In this document: one piece after another, positions 19,829-29,634 of the stretch
Layout: each line of letters opens with the position of its first letter
Numbering within the stretch: position 1 is the stretch's first letter
Assembly (NCBI GenBank): GCA_965219685.1
Contig: CBDCOH010000002.1
Span: 1,760,001 to 1,824,000 of the forward strand
Source: Candidatus Spongiisociaceae bacterium
GTDB taxonomy: Bacteria; Actinomycetota; Acidimicrobiia; Spongiisociales; Spongiisociaceae
Length of the DNA stretch: 64,000 nucleotides
Direction: 5' to 3'
Translations under genes and position numbers: made by a program
The notes under the pieces: model-generated
The model's input: only the letters and a program-made list of their open reading frames with translations
Told to the model about the DNA's origin: nothing
The model's database searches: none

Positions 19829-20305
19829 TTGACAGCCGCTGATCACACCCGAGCCGAAGAGGCGGTCGCGCAGCCTGCCCGCACCGACGATCCTCCAGCC
19901 CCGCCACAGGCGGCGGGCAGGGCCAGTAGACCCGGCTTGCTGAGCCAGATGACCGAGAACCCGCTGTTGAGCCTCTTCGGCGCCGTCATCGCCGTACTGC
20001 TCGGCTTCGTCCTCACCACCTCGAACCTCCGTATCAGCGAGACCAATGACCGCATCAACAGCCTCGAGAGCAGGATCGACAAGCGGATCGACCGCCTCGA
20101 GGACCGGATCGACCGCCTCGAGGACCGGATCGACCGCATTGAGGGCCGGATCAGGTCAGTGGAGGGAAGCTTGTCCAGCATCGACCGCAAGTTGACCGCG
20201 CTGATCGCCGCTCTGGGAAAGACCGAAGAAGTCGAAGGCGCCATGTCAGGTGACGTCAGCGGTATCCGGACACCAGAGCCGCTCGATGAAGCCGCTGAGC
20301 CCTGA
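19829..20305 (+). CDS. Membrane-anchored coiled-coil protein with RIDRLED heptad repeats (start uncertain: TTG 19829 or ATG 19949)
   Basis: TM segment LLSLFGAVIAVLLGFVL followed by heptads; 21-bp DNA unit CGGATCGACCGCCTCGAGGAC at 20084-20146. Confidence 0.75.
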   Translation: MTAADHTRAEEAVAQPARTDDPPAPPQAAGRASRPGLLSQMTENPLLSLFGAVIAVLLGFVLTTSNLRISETNDRINSLESRIDKRIDRLEDRIDRLEDRIDRIEGRIRSVEGSLSSIDRKLTALIAALGKTEEVEGAMSGDVSGIRTPEPLDEAAEP

Positions 20306-20317
20306 TGGCCTGACGAT

Positions 20318-20352
20318 TAGTTCCTAGTTGTTAGTTGGTAGTTGGTAGTTGA
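20318..20352. repeat. Heptamer array (TAGTTNN)x5
   Basis: TAGTTCC TAGTTGT TAGTTGG TAGTTGG TAGTTGA, 12 bp after the coiled-coil gene stop. Confidence 0.85.
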
Positions 20353-20884
20353 TAAGCGGTGGTTAACGTTAATTCGGGCCCCTTCGCGAAAGTGGCTGTG
20401 AGGGATCCGAGTGCAGGAACAGGTGCGTACAAGTTACAGAAATGTTGCACAGCGTTGTGTAGTGCATCGTAGAGTACGGTCGCTTCCGGTCAGACTTCTT
20501 CGAGCTACTCGCCTGGAGTCTGATCAGTTGTATCCCAGGCCGGGCGTCACGCAACAATGGCTCCGCACACCCTGGTCATGATTCGATCGGATACACCACG
20601 GAGATATCCGAGAACTGCACCCCCTCGGAGTCCAGCCGGGAGCGAACCATCCCGGTGAACATGTCCTTCGGGATTAGACACTCCTCGCAGGCATTGGGTC
20701 CGGGCAGTATCGCCACCCTCAGTCCCCCGGATCCGGAGCGAGTCACGTCCAGCGAGTAGCCATCGGCTGCCAGCCCGGCGGAGAAAAGGTCTCAGCGCGG
20801 CGCACGCCGGCTCGAGGTCGGACCCGCGCCCGCCGCTCGCGTCCCTCGCAGCGGCCATCAGGTGCCCCCTTCCATCCCGAACCT

Positions 20885-21649
20885 CTACCGCACGTAGCTG
20901 GCGCCGTTGATGTCGATGGTGGCACCGGAGAGATGGCGGCAGTCCCCGCGGGAGAGGAAGACCACCAGCCTGGCTATCTCCACGGGAGGTATCCACTCGC
21001 CCATCGTCAGCATCTTGGCGGTGGCTTCCTCTCCTCCCATTTCCTTGGCGGCGTCGATCGACATCTGGGTGCGCACCATTCCGGGCGCGATGTTGAAGGC
21101 GAGAACGCCCTGGCGTGCATAATCGCTCGCCACGGCCTTGGTGAGGGCCGTGACCGCCCCCTTGGAGGCGGTGTAGGCCGCCCTCTGGGATCCTCCCCCC
21201 CGGTGGGCGAGCCAACTCGACATGGTTATCAGGGTGCCCCCGCCATTGGCGACGAAGTGGCGCACTGCTTCCCGAGCAAGCCTTGCCGGCTCGTGGACGT
21301 TCACCTGCATCGTCATGCGCCATGTCCGGTCCCATTCATCGTCCGGGCCGTCCCAGTCGAGCGAGGTGAGTATGGCGGCGTTGTTGACCAGCACGTCGAT
21401 CCGTCCGAACCGGTCGACCGCCTGGTTCCAGACCACCGCTCCGGCTCCGCGATTGCAGTAGTCCGCCTGCACCAGGAGCTTGCGGTCGGGCGGCAGTTCG
21501 TGGGTGGCCGCCTGCGCTCCCGACAGGGTGCGGGAGTAGTGGGCAATGACCGTCGCTCCGGCCCGGCCCACCTCGCGGGCGATCTCGAATCCGATGCCCC
21601 GGGAGGCGCCAGTGACCAGAATGACCTTGCCTTCGAGGGTTCCAGCCAT
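20885..21649 (-). CDS. SDR family oxidoreductase
   Basis: TGASRGIG, NNAA, YTASK, IAPG; GGAGG before ATG 21649. Confidence 0.93.
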   Translation of the reverse strand: MAGTLEGKVILVTGASRGIGFEIAREVGRAGATVIAHYSRTLSGAQAATHELPPDRKLLVQADYCNRGAGAVVWNQAVDRFGRIDVLVNNAAILTSLDWDGPDDEWDRTWRMTMQVNVHEPARLAREAVRHFVANGGGTLITMSSWLAHRGGGSQRAAYTASKGAVTALTKAVASDYARQGVLAFNIAPGMVRTQMSIDAAKEMGGEEATAKMLTMGEWIPPVEIARLVVFLSRGDCRHLSGATIDINGASYVR

Positions 21650-21830
21650 CGCTCCTCCCCTGGAGTACTCGCCTCTGCTTCGCACGAATCCGGCCGGCTA
21701 CGACAGGCCGACCGGGACAGCCGACGATACACTCAGTGCCCAGTGCAAGGCATATCGGCGGGCAGAACCCCGCCTATGGTCTATCCGTGAAGCGCAAGTC
21801 GTCTCTGGAGACAGACCGCAAGGAGGGCGT

Positions 21831-22553
21831 ATGAGAATCCGTTTCATCGAACCGATAGGAATTGACATCCACGTCCCCCGCGCCGTGAGGGTGCTCGAGA
21901 AGCACGCGTCGAGCGGGGTTTTCGTCGAGGTGGTCCACCTCGACCTTCCACCGGAACTGACCGGGCCGATGCTGTCCCCGGTGCCGCTCTACATGAACGA
22001 GTTGATAGCCACGGTTCTTCAAGCGGAGAAGGACGGCGCCGATGCCGCCATCATCGGCTGCTGCTCGGACCCTGCCCTGATGGAGGCGCAGCGCTCGGTG
22101 AAGATCCCCGTACTCGGACCTCTGCAGGCGTCCGCGGCGCTGGCAGCCGGGAGAGGGCTCAACCTGGGGATCCTCTTCCCCGACGAGCACGACTGGCAGG
22201 TCACCGCCAACTGGGTGACCCGCAACCTCCGGGCCTACGGACTGTCGGACGTGGTGAGCGACATTGCCTTCGTACCGATGCACGTCGAGGGTGAGGACAG
22301 CCTGATCGGCAACATGGATGTGACCGCCGAGATCGTCCAGGACCGGTTCCGGCGCCAGCTCCACGAACACGCCGTACCGGCCGCCAGGGCCATGCTCAAG
22401 CGGGGACCCGTGGACGCCATCCTCTTCGGCTGCACCATATGGGGTGGCATGATCCGGGAGGTGGACCACTTGATCGACGCGGTATGCATCGACCCGATGG
22501 TCGCGTCACTGCACCTCGCCGAAGCTCAAGTACGGATGACGAAGCTGGCCTAA
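21831..22553 (+). CDS. Asp/Glu/hydantoin racemase family protein
   Basis: AIIGCCSDP and ILFGCT catalytic Cys pair; AAGGAGG before ATG 21831. Confidence 0.88.
   Translation: MRIRFIEPIGIDIHVPRAVRVLEKHASSGVFVEVVHLDLPPELTGPMLSPVPLYMNELIATVLQAEKDGADAAIIGCCSDPALMEAQRSVKIPVLGPLQASAALAAGRGLNLGILFPDEHDWQVTANWVTRNLRAYGLSDVVSDIAFVPMHVEGEDSLIGNMDVTAEIVQDRFRRQLHEHAVPAARAMLKRGPVDAILFGCTIWGGMIREVDHLIDAVCIDPMVASLHLAEAQVRMTKLA
22142..22553 (+). repeat. Left copy of 412-bp direct repeat (racemase 3' half)
   Basis: 402/412 identical to 34480-34891 by manual alignment. Confidence 0.97.
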
Positions 22554-22753
22554 CAGCGTGCCCAGGAGGTCAAGCACCGGAGCGAACCGGACCGCCGATC
22601 ATCGGCGACGTCACGGCGGCCATTTGTCGCTGGAGGTGACCATCGGCCATTGAACGGGTCGCCAATAACCGATGTTTAGGGCTTTGCCTGATCCTCCGGA
22701 GAGAGTGGACCGCAGGAGACTCCAACGACCTTAGGCGAGCGGGGGAACTGGTT

Positions 22754-24517
22754 TCATTTTCTTTGGCGACCTCTACTTCCGCCCGAGGCATGGTCGTCAA
22801 TGTTCAGTTGTGCGGGGTCCACCCTGACGTGCACCACCGTCGGTCTGTTGATATTGAGGGCTTCGTCGAGAACGCCACGAACGTCGCTATCCTCTGAAAC
22901 GGTGAAGCCCTCCGCTCCGAGTGATCTGCCATAGGCTGCAAAATCGACGGGTCCCAGCAGCGATCCGGGAGCATGACCAATCCGACGTCGCTCCTGATGG
23001 ATGCGGATCGTCCCGTACTCGCCATTGTCAACGACTACGACTACTACCGGTATTCGTTCCCTCACCGCAGTCTCGATCTCGGCTCCGGTCATCATGAACC
23101 CCCCGTCACCGACGATCGCTATCACCGGAACCGTAGACGTCGCGAGCTTCGCCGCCAACGCTGCCGGGATGGCGTATCCCATCGCACCCGACGTAGGAGC
23201 CAGGTAGGTTCTCGGGCGGTCGCGTGGGAGGTAACGACTGATCCACGCGGCGAAGCTGCCCGCATCATTCGTAACGACCGCATCTGCAGGGACAGTCGCC
23301 TGGAGATGATACGCCAGAACCTCTTGGTCGACATGACCGGGGCGTGAGCCCAACAGTGTCGGCGTGGATTCCGCTAGCCAGCGCTTCCGGGCTGTGTTGT
23401 TCTGCTGAACCCTTGCCTGCAGCGCATCCGGGTCGGGGTCTTCGCGCTCAGCGGCGTAGAGCAGTTGCGTCAGGAAGTGATGGGGATCCGACAGAATAGG
23501 TTCGACACCGGGGAAGGGCCCACCGAGTCCCTCCGCATAGCCCAGCACATGGACGATCGCTTTGCCCTGCTGGAGGGTCTGGTAGCTGAACGTCGATAGC
23601 TGCCCCAACTGTGTACCGATTGCCAGGATGAAGTCGGCCTGCTTCAGCCGATCCGTCACCGAAGGGCCCGCTGCGAGCCCACTCTGACCGAGGTACAGCC
23701 GGTGGCGGTTGGGAAACGCGTCCGGACGTCGCCACGCGGTAATAACAGGTGTCTCCTCATGTTCCGCCAGTGACTGAACCAGGTGGCCGGCGTCTGCGTC
23801 GATCACTCCTCCACCCACCCATATGATCGGGGTGTCGGCGCGACGGAGCTTCTTCAGCACCGCCTCCACTTCTTCGGAACTCGCCGAAGGCCTTGGCCTG
23901 TCTATCCACGAGTGTTCGCTCGCCGGTACGAGTTCCTCCAGGATGTCCTCTTGGAGGATCAAAGCAGTCGGCCCGGGGCGACCCTCCAGCGCGTGGCGAG
24001 CAGCGGCGTACGTGAGTTCCGCGAGCCGTGATCCACGGGGAGGTTCTGACACCCATTTCGTGACCGGCGCAAGAAACTGGGCCAGATCGACCTCCTGAAA
24101 GGCCCGACGGTAACGGTTGCATGTACCCACCTGGCCGAGCAGGGCGACCACTGGGCAACTGTCCACCAACGCGGTGTGCAGACCGATCGACAAGTTGGAA
24201 GCGCCCGGTATGCGCGAAGCCAGGCATGCGGTCAGACGTCCGGTGAGCCTCGCGAAGGCCGAAGCCATGAAGCTCGCCCCTCCCTCGTGCCGGGTTGTGA
24301 CCAGCCTCACCCTGGGATGCGCATCGAAGGCATCGATAAGCGGAAGGAAACTCTCTCCCGGCACCATGAACGCATGAGTGAGACCGGCGGCGACCACAAC
24401 GGAGACGGCCTGCTCGGCGGAGGTCGAGACCTGTGCCCCTCTCGGAGATGCCGCGGATGGCTCTCCTCCAGCGCGGACCGGTGTGTCGCCCACACCGGGG
24501 CCTGCCTCTCTTGTCAA
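22754..24517 (-). CDS. Thiamine-pyrophosphate-dependent enzyme (acetolactate synthase-like)
   Basis: VPGESFL, RHEGGASFMA, FQEVD, GAMGYAIPA, GDGGFMM...DNGEYG; start codon uncertain. Confidence 0.9.
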   Translation of the reverse strand: MTREAGPGVGDTPVRAGGEPSAASPRGAQVSTSAEQAVSVVVAAGLTHAFMVPGESFLPLIDAFDAHPRVRLVTTRHEGGASFMASAFARLTGRLTACLASRIPGASNLSIGLHTALVDSCPVVALLGQVGTCNRYRRAFQEVDLAQFLAPVTKWVSEPPRGSRLAELTYAAARHALEGRPGPTALILQEDILEELVPASEHSWIDRPRPSASSEEVEAVLKKLRRADTPIIWVGGGVIDADAGHLVQSLAEHEETPVITAWRRPDAFPNRHRLYLGQSGLAAGPSVTDRLKQADFILAIGTQLGQLSTFSYQTLQQGKAIVHVLGYAEGLGGPFPGVEPILSDPHHFLTQLLYAAEREDPDPDALQARVQQNNTARKRWLAESTPTLLGSRPGHVDQEVLAYHLQATVPADAVVTNDAGSFAAWISRYLPRDRPRTYLAPTSGAMGYAIPAALAAKLATSTVPVIAIVGDGGFMMTGAEIETAVRERIPVVVVVVDNGEYGTIRIHQERRRIGHAPGSLLGPVDFAAYGRSLGAEGFTVSEDSDVRGVLDEALNINRPTVVHVRVDPAQLNIDDHASGGSRGRQRK

Positions 24518-24608
24518 TGGTCTGTTAACCAGGGCATCGCGAGTCTCGGCTGACTTCGGATGACACCGACATCGGCCCCGTGCGACACGATCAAAGGCGA
24601 CGAGGGGG

Positions 24609-25589
24609 TCAGGGGGCTACAACCCGCGATGTGTCCACCCTGGATGCCCCAAGCGGAACGAACTTCTGCAGAGATCGGATGACGCGCGGCGGGTCCTCGT
24701 GGCGACCCCGCGCCTGGAACGCGACCTCGGCGACGTAGATCGCCCCTGTGGAGTCGACTGCAAGGCCGTGCGGCGCCACGAACTCGCCCGGATCCTCGCC
24801 GGCAAACCGGCCTCCGATACGCGCCACCGAGTCGCCATCCAACGTAATGATGCTCACACAGGCACCGATGTTCGGCACATCCTGATTGATCCGGATACGT
24901 GAAGGGAGTTCTCCTACGAACAGAAGTGCCTCCTTCGGATGAGCGTACAGTGCACACGGGCGGTGGAGGTTGTTGATCTGGTCCAAGTAGGCGCCGTCCT
25001 CATCGAAAACCTGGATTCGGTGGTTCTCCCGATCGGCGACGTAGACCCGCCCGTCGGATCCGACGGCGATGTTGTGCGGGATATTGAACTGGCCGGGTCG
25101 GGTTCCCGGCCGACCCCAACTGAGAATGTGGCGGCCGTCGGCGGAGAAGCGGTGAACCGCCGAATTGCGATATCCGTCCGAGATGAAGAGGTCACCCGAA
25201 GCCGGAGACTCGGCGATGTCGGTCGGCATATTGAATGGGCGGCCACTGTGGGCGGGTGAGGAGACACCTGGCTGACCGATGGTCCGCACCAACGCTCCGT
25301 CGCGCATGAAGCATCGAACTGTCTGATCCGCGTAGTCCGTCAGCCAAAGCTTTTCTCCGCCCGCCATAGTGATCGCGTGGGGAGTCGCGAAGAGCCCTTC
25401 GCCCCACGAAGCCACGAATTCTCCGGTGTGGTCAAACACGATCACCGGGTGGTCACCACGGTTGAACACGTAGACCCGGTCCTTGTTGTCAACAGCCACC
25501 GAGGTCGCATCTTTGAAGCTCCAGCCATCCGGAAGCCGACCCCACCCCTCAACCGGGCGGTAGTTTCGTGGCCAGGAGGATCGGCTCAT
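24609..25589 (-). CDS. NHL-repeat beta-propeller, peptidyl-alpha-hydroxyglycine lyase (PAL)-like
   Basis: FNMPTDIA, SDGYRNSAVHRF, GQFNIPHNIA, VYVADRENHRIQVF, PHGLAVDS. Confidence 0.88.
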   Translation of the reverse strand: MSRSSWPRNYRPVEGWGRLPDGWSFKDATSVAVDNKDRVYVFNRGDHPVIVFDHTGEFVASWGEGLFATPHAITMAGGEKLWLTDYADQTVRCFMRDGALVRTIGQPGVSSPAHSGRPFNMPTDIAESPASGDLFISDGYRNSAVHRFSADGRHILSWGRPGTRPGQFNIPHNIAVGSDGRVYVADRENHRIQVFDEDGAYLDQINNLHRPCALYAHPKEALLFVGELPSRIRINQDVPNIGACVSIITLDGDSVARIGGRFAGEDPGEFVAPHGLAVDSTGAIYVAEVAFQARGRHEDPPRVIRSLQKFVPLGASRVDTSRVVAP

Positions 25590-26359
25590 CGGAGAAACGG
25601 CCTGTGGGTGATGATTGATCCAAGGGCCGCTGAGATCTCGTTTGCCGCCTCGACGACCAACTTCCCCATTCGTGCGACTTCGTCGTCAGCAGTCGGCATA
25701 CGGTCGGTGGGACCCGCCACACCGACGGCGCCGACCACCTCGCCCCGGTAGTCGAAGATCGGAGCGGCCAAGCCTGTCACTCCTTGCACGTACTCCTCCA
25801 CATCAACTGCGAAGCCGCGTCGCCGGATCTCTTCGAGCCGTTCCGCCAGTGAGTCCGGCGCGCTCCCATCATTGCGGAAGGCCTGGACGGCCCAACCCAT
25901 GGCTGTATCGTTACGCGGCCACACCTCCCCTATTCGGGTGAACACCGACACCGGATGCCGTGAGATTTCTCGGGCCACGGCTACCGGCTCGCCTTCGGCC
26001 AGTGCCGCCAGATTCACCGTTTCTCCGGTCTGGTCGCGCATGCGCCTCATCGTCGGGCGGCTCACTCGGAGCAGGTCCGTTTGGTCGAGAAGACGCGCCG
26101 CCAACCTCAATACCTTCGATGTGATGACGTAGCGACGGGGGGATGTCTCGGTGTGGGCGACGTAATCAGCGGAGCGTAGCCCGTTCAGCAGGCGGTGCGC
26201 CTGAGCGGTATCCATACCGAGACTGCCCGCCAGATCGGTTGTTCCGACGCCTTCCGGGTAGTCCACGAGCATCTCCAGGACGCGAAGAGCATTGACACCG
26301 GCCGGTTGTCTGCGCTGCGTTTTCTTCCGATTGTTCGGGACGCCGCCGCCCGTCATCAC
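25586..26359 (-). CDS. IclR family transcriptional regulator
   Basis: N-terminal HTH (ALRVLEML...TAQAHRLLNGL), TGETVNLA, TAMG, GFAVDVEE...LAAPIFD. Confidence 0.93.
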   Translation of the reverse strand: MMTGGGVPNNRKKTQRRQPAGVNALRVLEMLVDYPEGVGTTDLAGSLGMDTAQAHRLLNGLRSADYVAHTETSPRRYVITSKVLRLAARLLDQTDLLRVSRPTMRRMRDQTGETVNLAALAEGEPVAVAREISRHPVSVFTRIGEVWPRNDTAMGWAVQAFRNDGSAPDSLAERLEEIRRRGFAVDVEEYVQGVTGLAAPIFDYRGEVVGAVGVAGPTDRMPTADDEVARMGKLVVEAANEISAALGSIITHRPFLR

Positions 26360-26385
26360 TTCACCCCAGTCATCACTTCACCCCA
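26352..26385. repeat. 17-bp tandem duplication covering the iclR RBS and start
   Basis: GTCATCACTTCACCCCA x2. Confidence 0.9.
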
Positions 26386-26393
26386 GTCGTGTA

Positions 26394-26505
26394 GGAGGGT
26401 GCTGAAAAACGAACTCTGAGGGGTTCGCTCGTTGGCGAACGACCTGGTCTGAGAGTTGTCGAGTATCGTGCGAACCCCTTTGTACAGGATTTTTCAGCAC
26501 CCTCC
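26394..26505. mobile_element. MITE / internally deleted IS (112 bp) with perfect terminal inverted repeats and TA flanks
   Basis: GGAGGGTGCTGAAAAA ... TTTTTCAGCACCCTCC (16-bp TIR); TA on both sides; inner IR AGGGGTTCGC/GCGAACCCCT. Confidence 0.85.
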
Positions 26506-26651
26506 TAGAGACTTCAGAACAACACCTGACTCACCAGATTCATAAGACAAAATATTTGACCTGTCAAATCCGGATCAGTAATCTGGCTGGGTTGGCATCT
26601 CTTTGTCGGCGTATTTCACGCATCGAAGATGCACATGGTGAGGAGGAAGAT

Positions 26652-27743
26652 ATGAGAACGATCAGCTTGGTGCGAAGAGCAGAAGTCTGGAATCGCAGGA
26701 GGTCGCCGCGAGCCTTCGCCATACTCCTCCTGGCCCTCGGAGTGTTGGTCAGCGCATGTGCAGACGCTTCCGAAGACACCACGACCACCACCGCAGCGCC
26801 AACAACCACCGCGATGACCGAGACCACGGCCGACACCAGTGCGCCGGCAGGGTCGCATGACTTCGTGATGATCACGTTCTTCGCGAACTGCAGCTTCTGC
26901 CAAACCTTGGAGGCAGGCGCCATCTACGCAGGAGAACAACTAGGGGTCAACGTGCAGATCGTTCAGCCAGGCGGAGTCGACGCCGAAACGTTGAACCCGG
27001 CTCTCCAGGCAGCCACTGCGGCCGAGCCCGACGCCATCGGCATCTCCTACTTCACCAAGGGCCAGGAGTCGGCGATTCTCGATACTCTCGAACAGGGGAT
27101 CCCCGTAGTGCTGTTCAACAACAACCGCTTCGAGGCAGTGGACGGCGACCCGGCGACTGCAACAACGGATCCGAGGATCCTGACGCTGTCGTACGTTGGG
27201 CAAGATGAGACCAAGTCAGGAGAGGTCCTGATGACACATCTACTGCCGCAACTCGGCGAGGGCAAGGTGGTGATCTTCAACAACGCCCCCGGAGCGACCG
27301 TGTTGACCCTGCGCGCCGACGGAGTGAAGCGCGTTCTCGACGCCAACGGTATCCCGTACGAGGACCTTGACGGCGAACTGGACGAAGTCGTCAACCAGCA
27401 GACGATCTCCGCCTACCTCGACGCCAACCCCGATACTGCCGGCATCATCGGTCTCGGTAATCCGGCATCCAACCCGGCCGGTGTGATCGTTGGTGAGCGA
27501 GGACTCGATATCATCATCGGCACGTTCGATGTCGACACGGCGGCGGTCGAGCACCTCAAGCAGGGGACGCTCACCGCGGCACTCAACCAGCAGCCATGGC
27601 TCCAGGGCTACATGACCGTGATGAACATGTATATCGAGACGGTCCTCGGCCTACAGCCGGTCAACGTAGACACGGGAACACAGATCGTGACGATGGACAA
27701 CGTCGGCGAACTCGAGGCGGCGGTCGCGGCCGGACGCAACTGA
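26652..27743 (+). CDS. Sugar ABC transporter substrate-binding lipoprotein (RbsB-type)
   Basis: GGAGG before ATG 26652; lipobox VSAC; Thr/Ala tether; YVGQDE, TFD, NQQPWLQGY, VDTG. Confidence 0.92.
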   Translation: MRTISLVRRAEVWNRRRSPRAFAILLLALGVLVSACADASEDTTTTTAAPTTTAMTETTADTSAPAGSHDFVMITFFANCSFCQTLEAGAIYAGEQLGVNVQIVQPGGVDAETLNPALQAATAAEPDAIGISYFTKGQESAILDTLEQGIPVVLFNNNRFEAVDGDPATATTDPRILTLSYVGQDETKSGEVLMTHLLPQLGEGKVVIFNNAPGATVLTLRADGVKRVLDANGIPYEDLDGELDEVVNQQTISAYLDANPDTAGIIGLGNPASNPAGVIVGERGLDIIIGTFDVDTAAVEHLKQGTLTAALNQQPWLQGYMTVMNMYIETVLGLQPVNVDTGTQIVTMDNVGELEAAVAAGRN

Positions 27744-27750
27744 TCCCCCG

Positions 27751-27785
27751 TTTGCCGGGCCCGGATGCTCCCCGGGCCCGGCAAA
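27751..27785 (+). terminator. 14-bp perfect stem-loop after the SBP gene
   Basis: TTTGCCGGGCCCGG-atgctcc-CCGGGCCCGGCAAA. Confidence 0.8.
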
Positions 27786-27803
27786 ACCGACCGAGGTTAA
27801 GTA

Positions 27804-28832
27804 ATGGTATCCAACACGCGGGCCGGCACACATCGGCTGGCCACATTCGTCGGCAGGATGGCGTCGAATCGGCTGGCGGGACCCACCGTCGTACTCGTTG
27901 GACTGTGCATCTTCTTCCAGCTCCGCTCCGGAAAGTTCTTCACAGCCACGCAAATCGAGGGAATGACCTCCGTCGCCGCGTCCATCGCAATCATCAGCGC
28001 CGGAATCACGATGCTGATGTTCTCGGGCGAATTCGATCTATCGGTCGCATCGGTCTATGCGATCGGACCGATTCTCTTCGCGCTGTTGCTCACCAAGGCT
28101 GACATACCGGTCTTCCCGGCGTTTCTCATAGCTTTGATACTGTGCTCCGCCGTCGGTTTAGTCAACGGGCTCATCACCACACGGTTCGGGATTCCGTCCC
28201 TCATCACAACGCTCGGAACGTCCTTCGCCATCATCGGGACCGCCATCTTCATCAGCGAAGGCGACAACCTCCTCTACTTTGACGAGAGCAGACTGTTCAG
28301 CATCCTCGGCGGCGAGGTAGGTAACGCTCCCGTGCCGGCGCAGTTCCTGTGGGCGTTGCTCATCGTTGGAATCCTCTGGTACGTGACGGACCTGACCGAA
28401 TACGGCAATTGGTCCCGTTCGGCCGGCGGCCGGCGCGGTGTGGCCCGGGAGATGGGCGTAGCGGTCAACCGAGTGAAGACCACTAACTTCGTGGTGTCGT
28501 CGACGCTGGCCGGATTCGCCGGCATCGCCACCTTCACTTCCTTCCGCACCGTTTCCGCCGGCTACGGCTCGAACTTCGAGTTGCTAGCCATCGTGGCCAC
28601 CGTGGTCGGCGGAACATCGATTTTCGGGGTGACCGGATCGGTGCTCGGCGCCTTCATCGGGACGTTGATCCTGGCGAGTCTGCGAACCGGCCTCATCCTG
28701 GTAGGCGCTCCGGGAGCGTGGTACACCGCGATCATCGGGATCATTCTCATAGCGGCAGTGATCAGCAACATCCGGATCGGGAGGGCAGGAGACCGCCTCC
28801 TCGAAGTGAGTCAGAGGTGGCGGCGATCATGA
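27804..28832 (+). CDS. Sugar ABC transporter permease (RbsC-type)
   Basis: GEFDLSV, GIPSLITTLG, ELLAIVATVVGGTS. Confidence 0.93.
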   Translation: MVSNTRAGTHRLATFVGRMASNRLAGPTVVLVGLCIFFQLRSGKFFTATQIEGMTSVAASIAIISAGITMLMFSGEFDLSVASVYAIGPILFALLLTKADIPVFPAFLIALILCSAVGLVNGLITTRFGIPSLITTLGTSFAIIGTAIFISEGDNLLYFDESRLFSILGGEVGNAPVPAQFLWALLIVGILWYVTDLTEYGNWSRSAGGRRGVAREMGVAVNRVKTTNFVVSSTLAGFAGIATFTSFRTVSAGYGSNFELLAIVATVVGGTSIFGVTGSVLGAFIGTLILASLRTGLILVGAPGAWYTAIIGIILIAAVISNIRIGRAGDRLLEVSQRWRRS

Positions 28833-29620
28833 CGACCACGGTTGCGACCGACGAGACGCGGTCAACGGCTGACGTGTTATTAAAGCTCACGAACGTGAGC
28901 AAGAGCTTCGGATCCACCCGCGCCGTGCGGGATGTCTCCTTGACGATTAGGCGCGGCGAGGTCGTGGGCCTCATCGGCGACAACGGTGCCGGCAAGTCGA
29001 CGATCGTGAAGATCGTCACCGGCTATTTCGCCCCGACATCGGGCAGTGTGACGTTCGAAGGGCGGGACGCCCGACTATCCCCCGCCGCAGCGCGGAGCCT
29101 GGGGATCGAGGCGGTCTACCAGGATCTGGCCCTGATCGGAGGTCTGAGCCTGTGGCGCAACTTCTTCCTTGGTAAGGAACTCAAGATAGGCCCCGGCTGG
29201 CTCCCGATGCGGCCGCTGGACAAAAGGCGGATGCGGAGTCTGACTCTAAGGAAACTGGAAGACTTGGGTCTGACACGCATACGCTCGACGAACGAACCCG
29301 CATCTCGTCTTTCCGGAGGTGAGAAGCAGTCGCTTGCGATCACGCGCGCTGTCCACTTCGGGGCACAACTGCTCCTCCTCGACGAACCGACAGCCGCCCT
29401 CTCGGTGCGGGAAACCCTGAACGTACTGGATACGATCCGCCAAGCTGCTGACCGAGGTCTCGGTGTGCTCTACATTGATCACAACATGGCACACGTTCAG
29501 CCGGTCGCGGACCGGATCGTGGTGCTGGAGCACGGGTCGGTCGTGTCGGAACATAAGGGAAGCGATGTAACCGTCGATGACCTCGCCGAGATGTTGAGTT
29601 CAAGACGGCGCGAGCGGTAA
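28829..29620 (+). CDS. Sugar ABC transporter ATP-binding protein
   Basis: GDNGAGKST, VYQDLAL, LSGGE, LLDEPTAAL; ATGA overlap. Confidence 0.93.
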   Translation: MTTTVATDETRSTADVLLKLTNVSKSFGSTRAVRDVSLTIRRGEVVGLIGDNGAGKSTIVKIVTGYFAPTSGSVTFEGRDARLSPAAARSLGIEAVYQDLALIGGLSLWRNFFLGKELKIGPGWLPMRPLDKRRMRSLTLRKLEDLGLTRIRSTNEPASRLSGGEKQSLAITRAVHFGAQLLLLDEPTAALSVRETLNVLDTIRQAADRGLGVLYIDHNMAHVQPVADRIVVLEHGSVVSEHKGSDVTVDDLAEMLSSRRRER

Positions 29621-29634
29621 ATCTAGGAGTCTCG

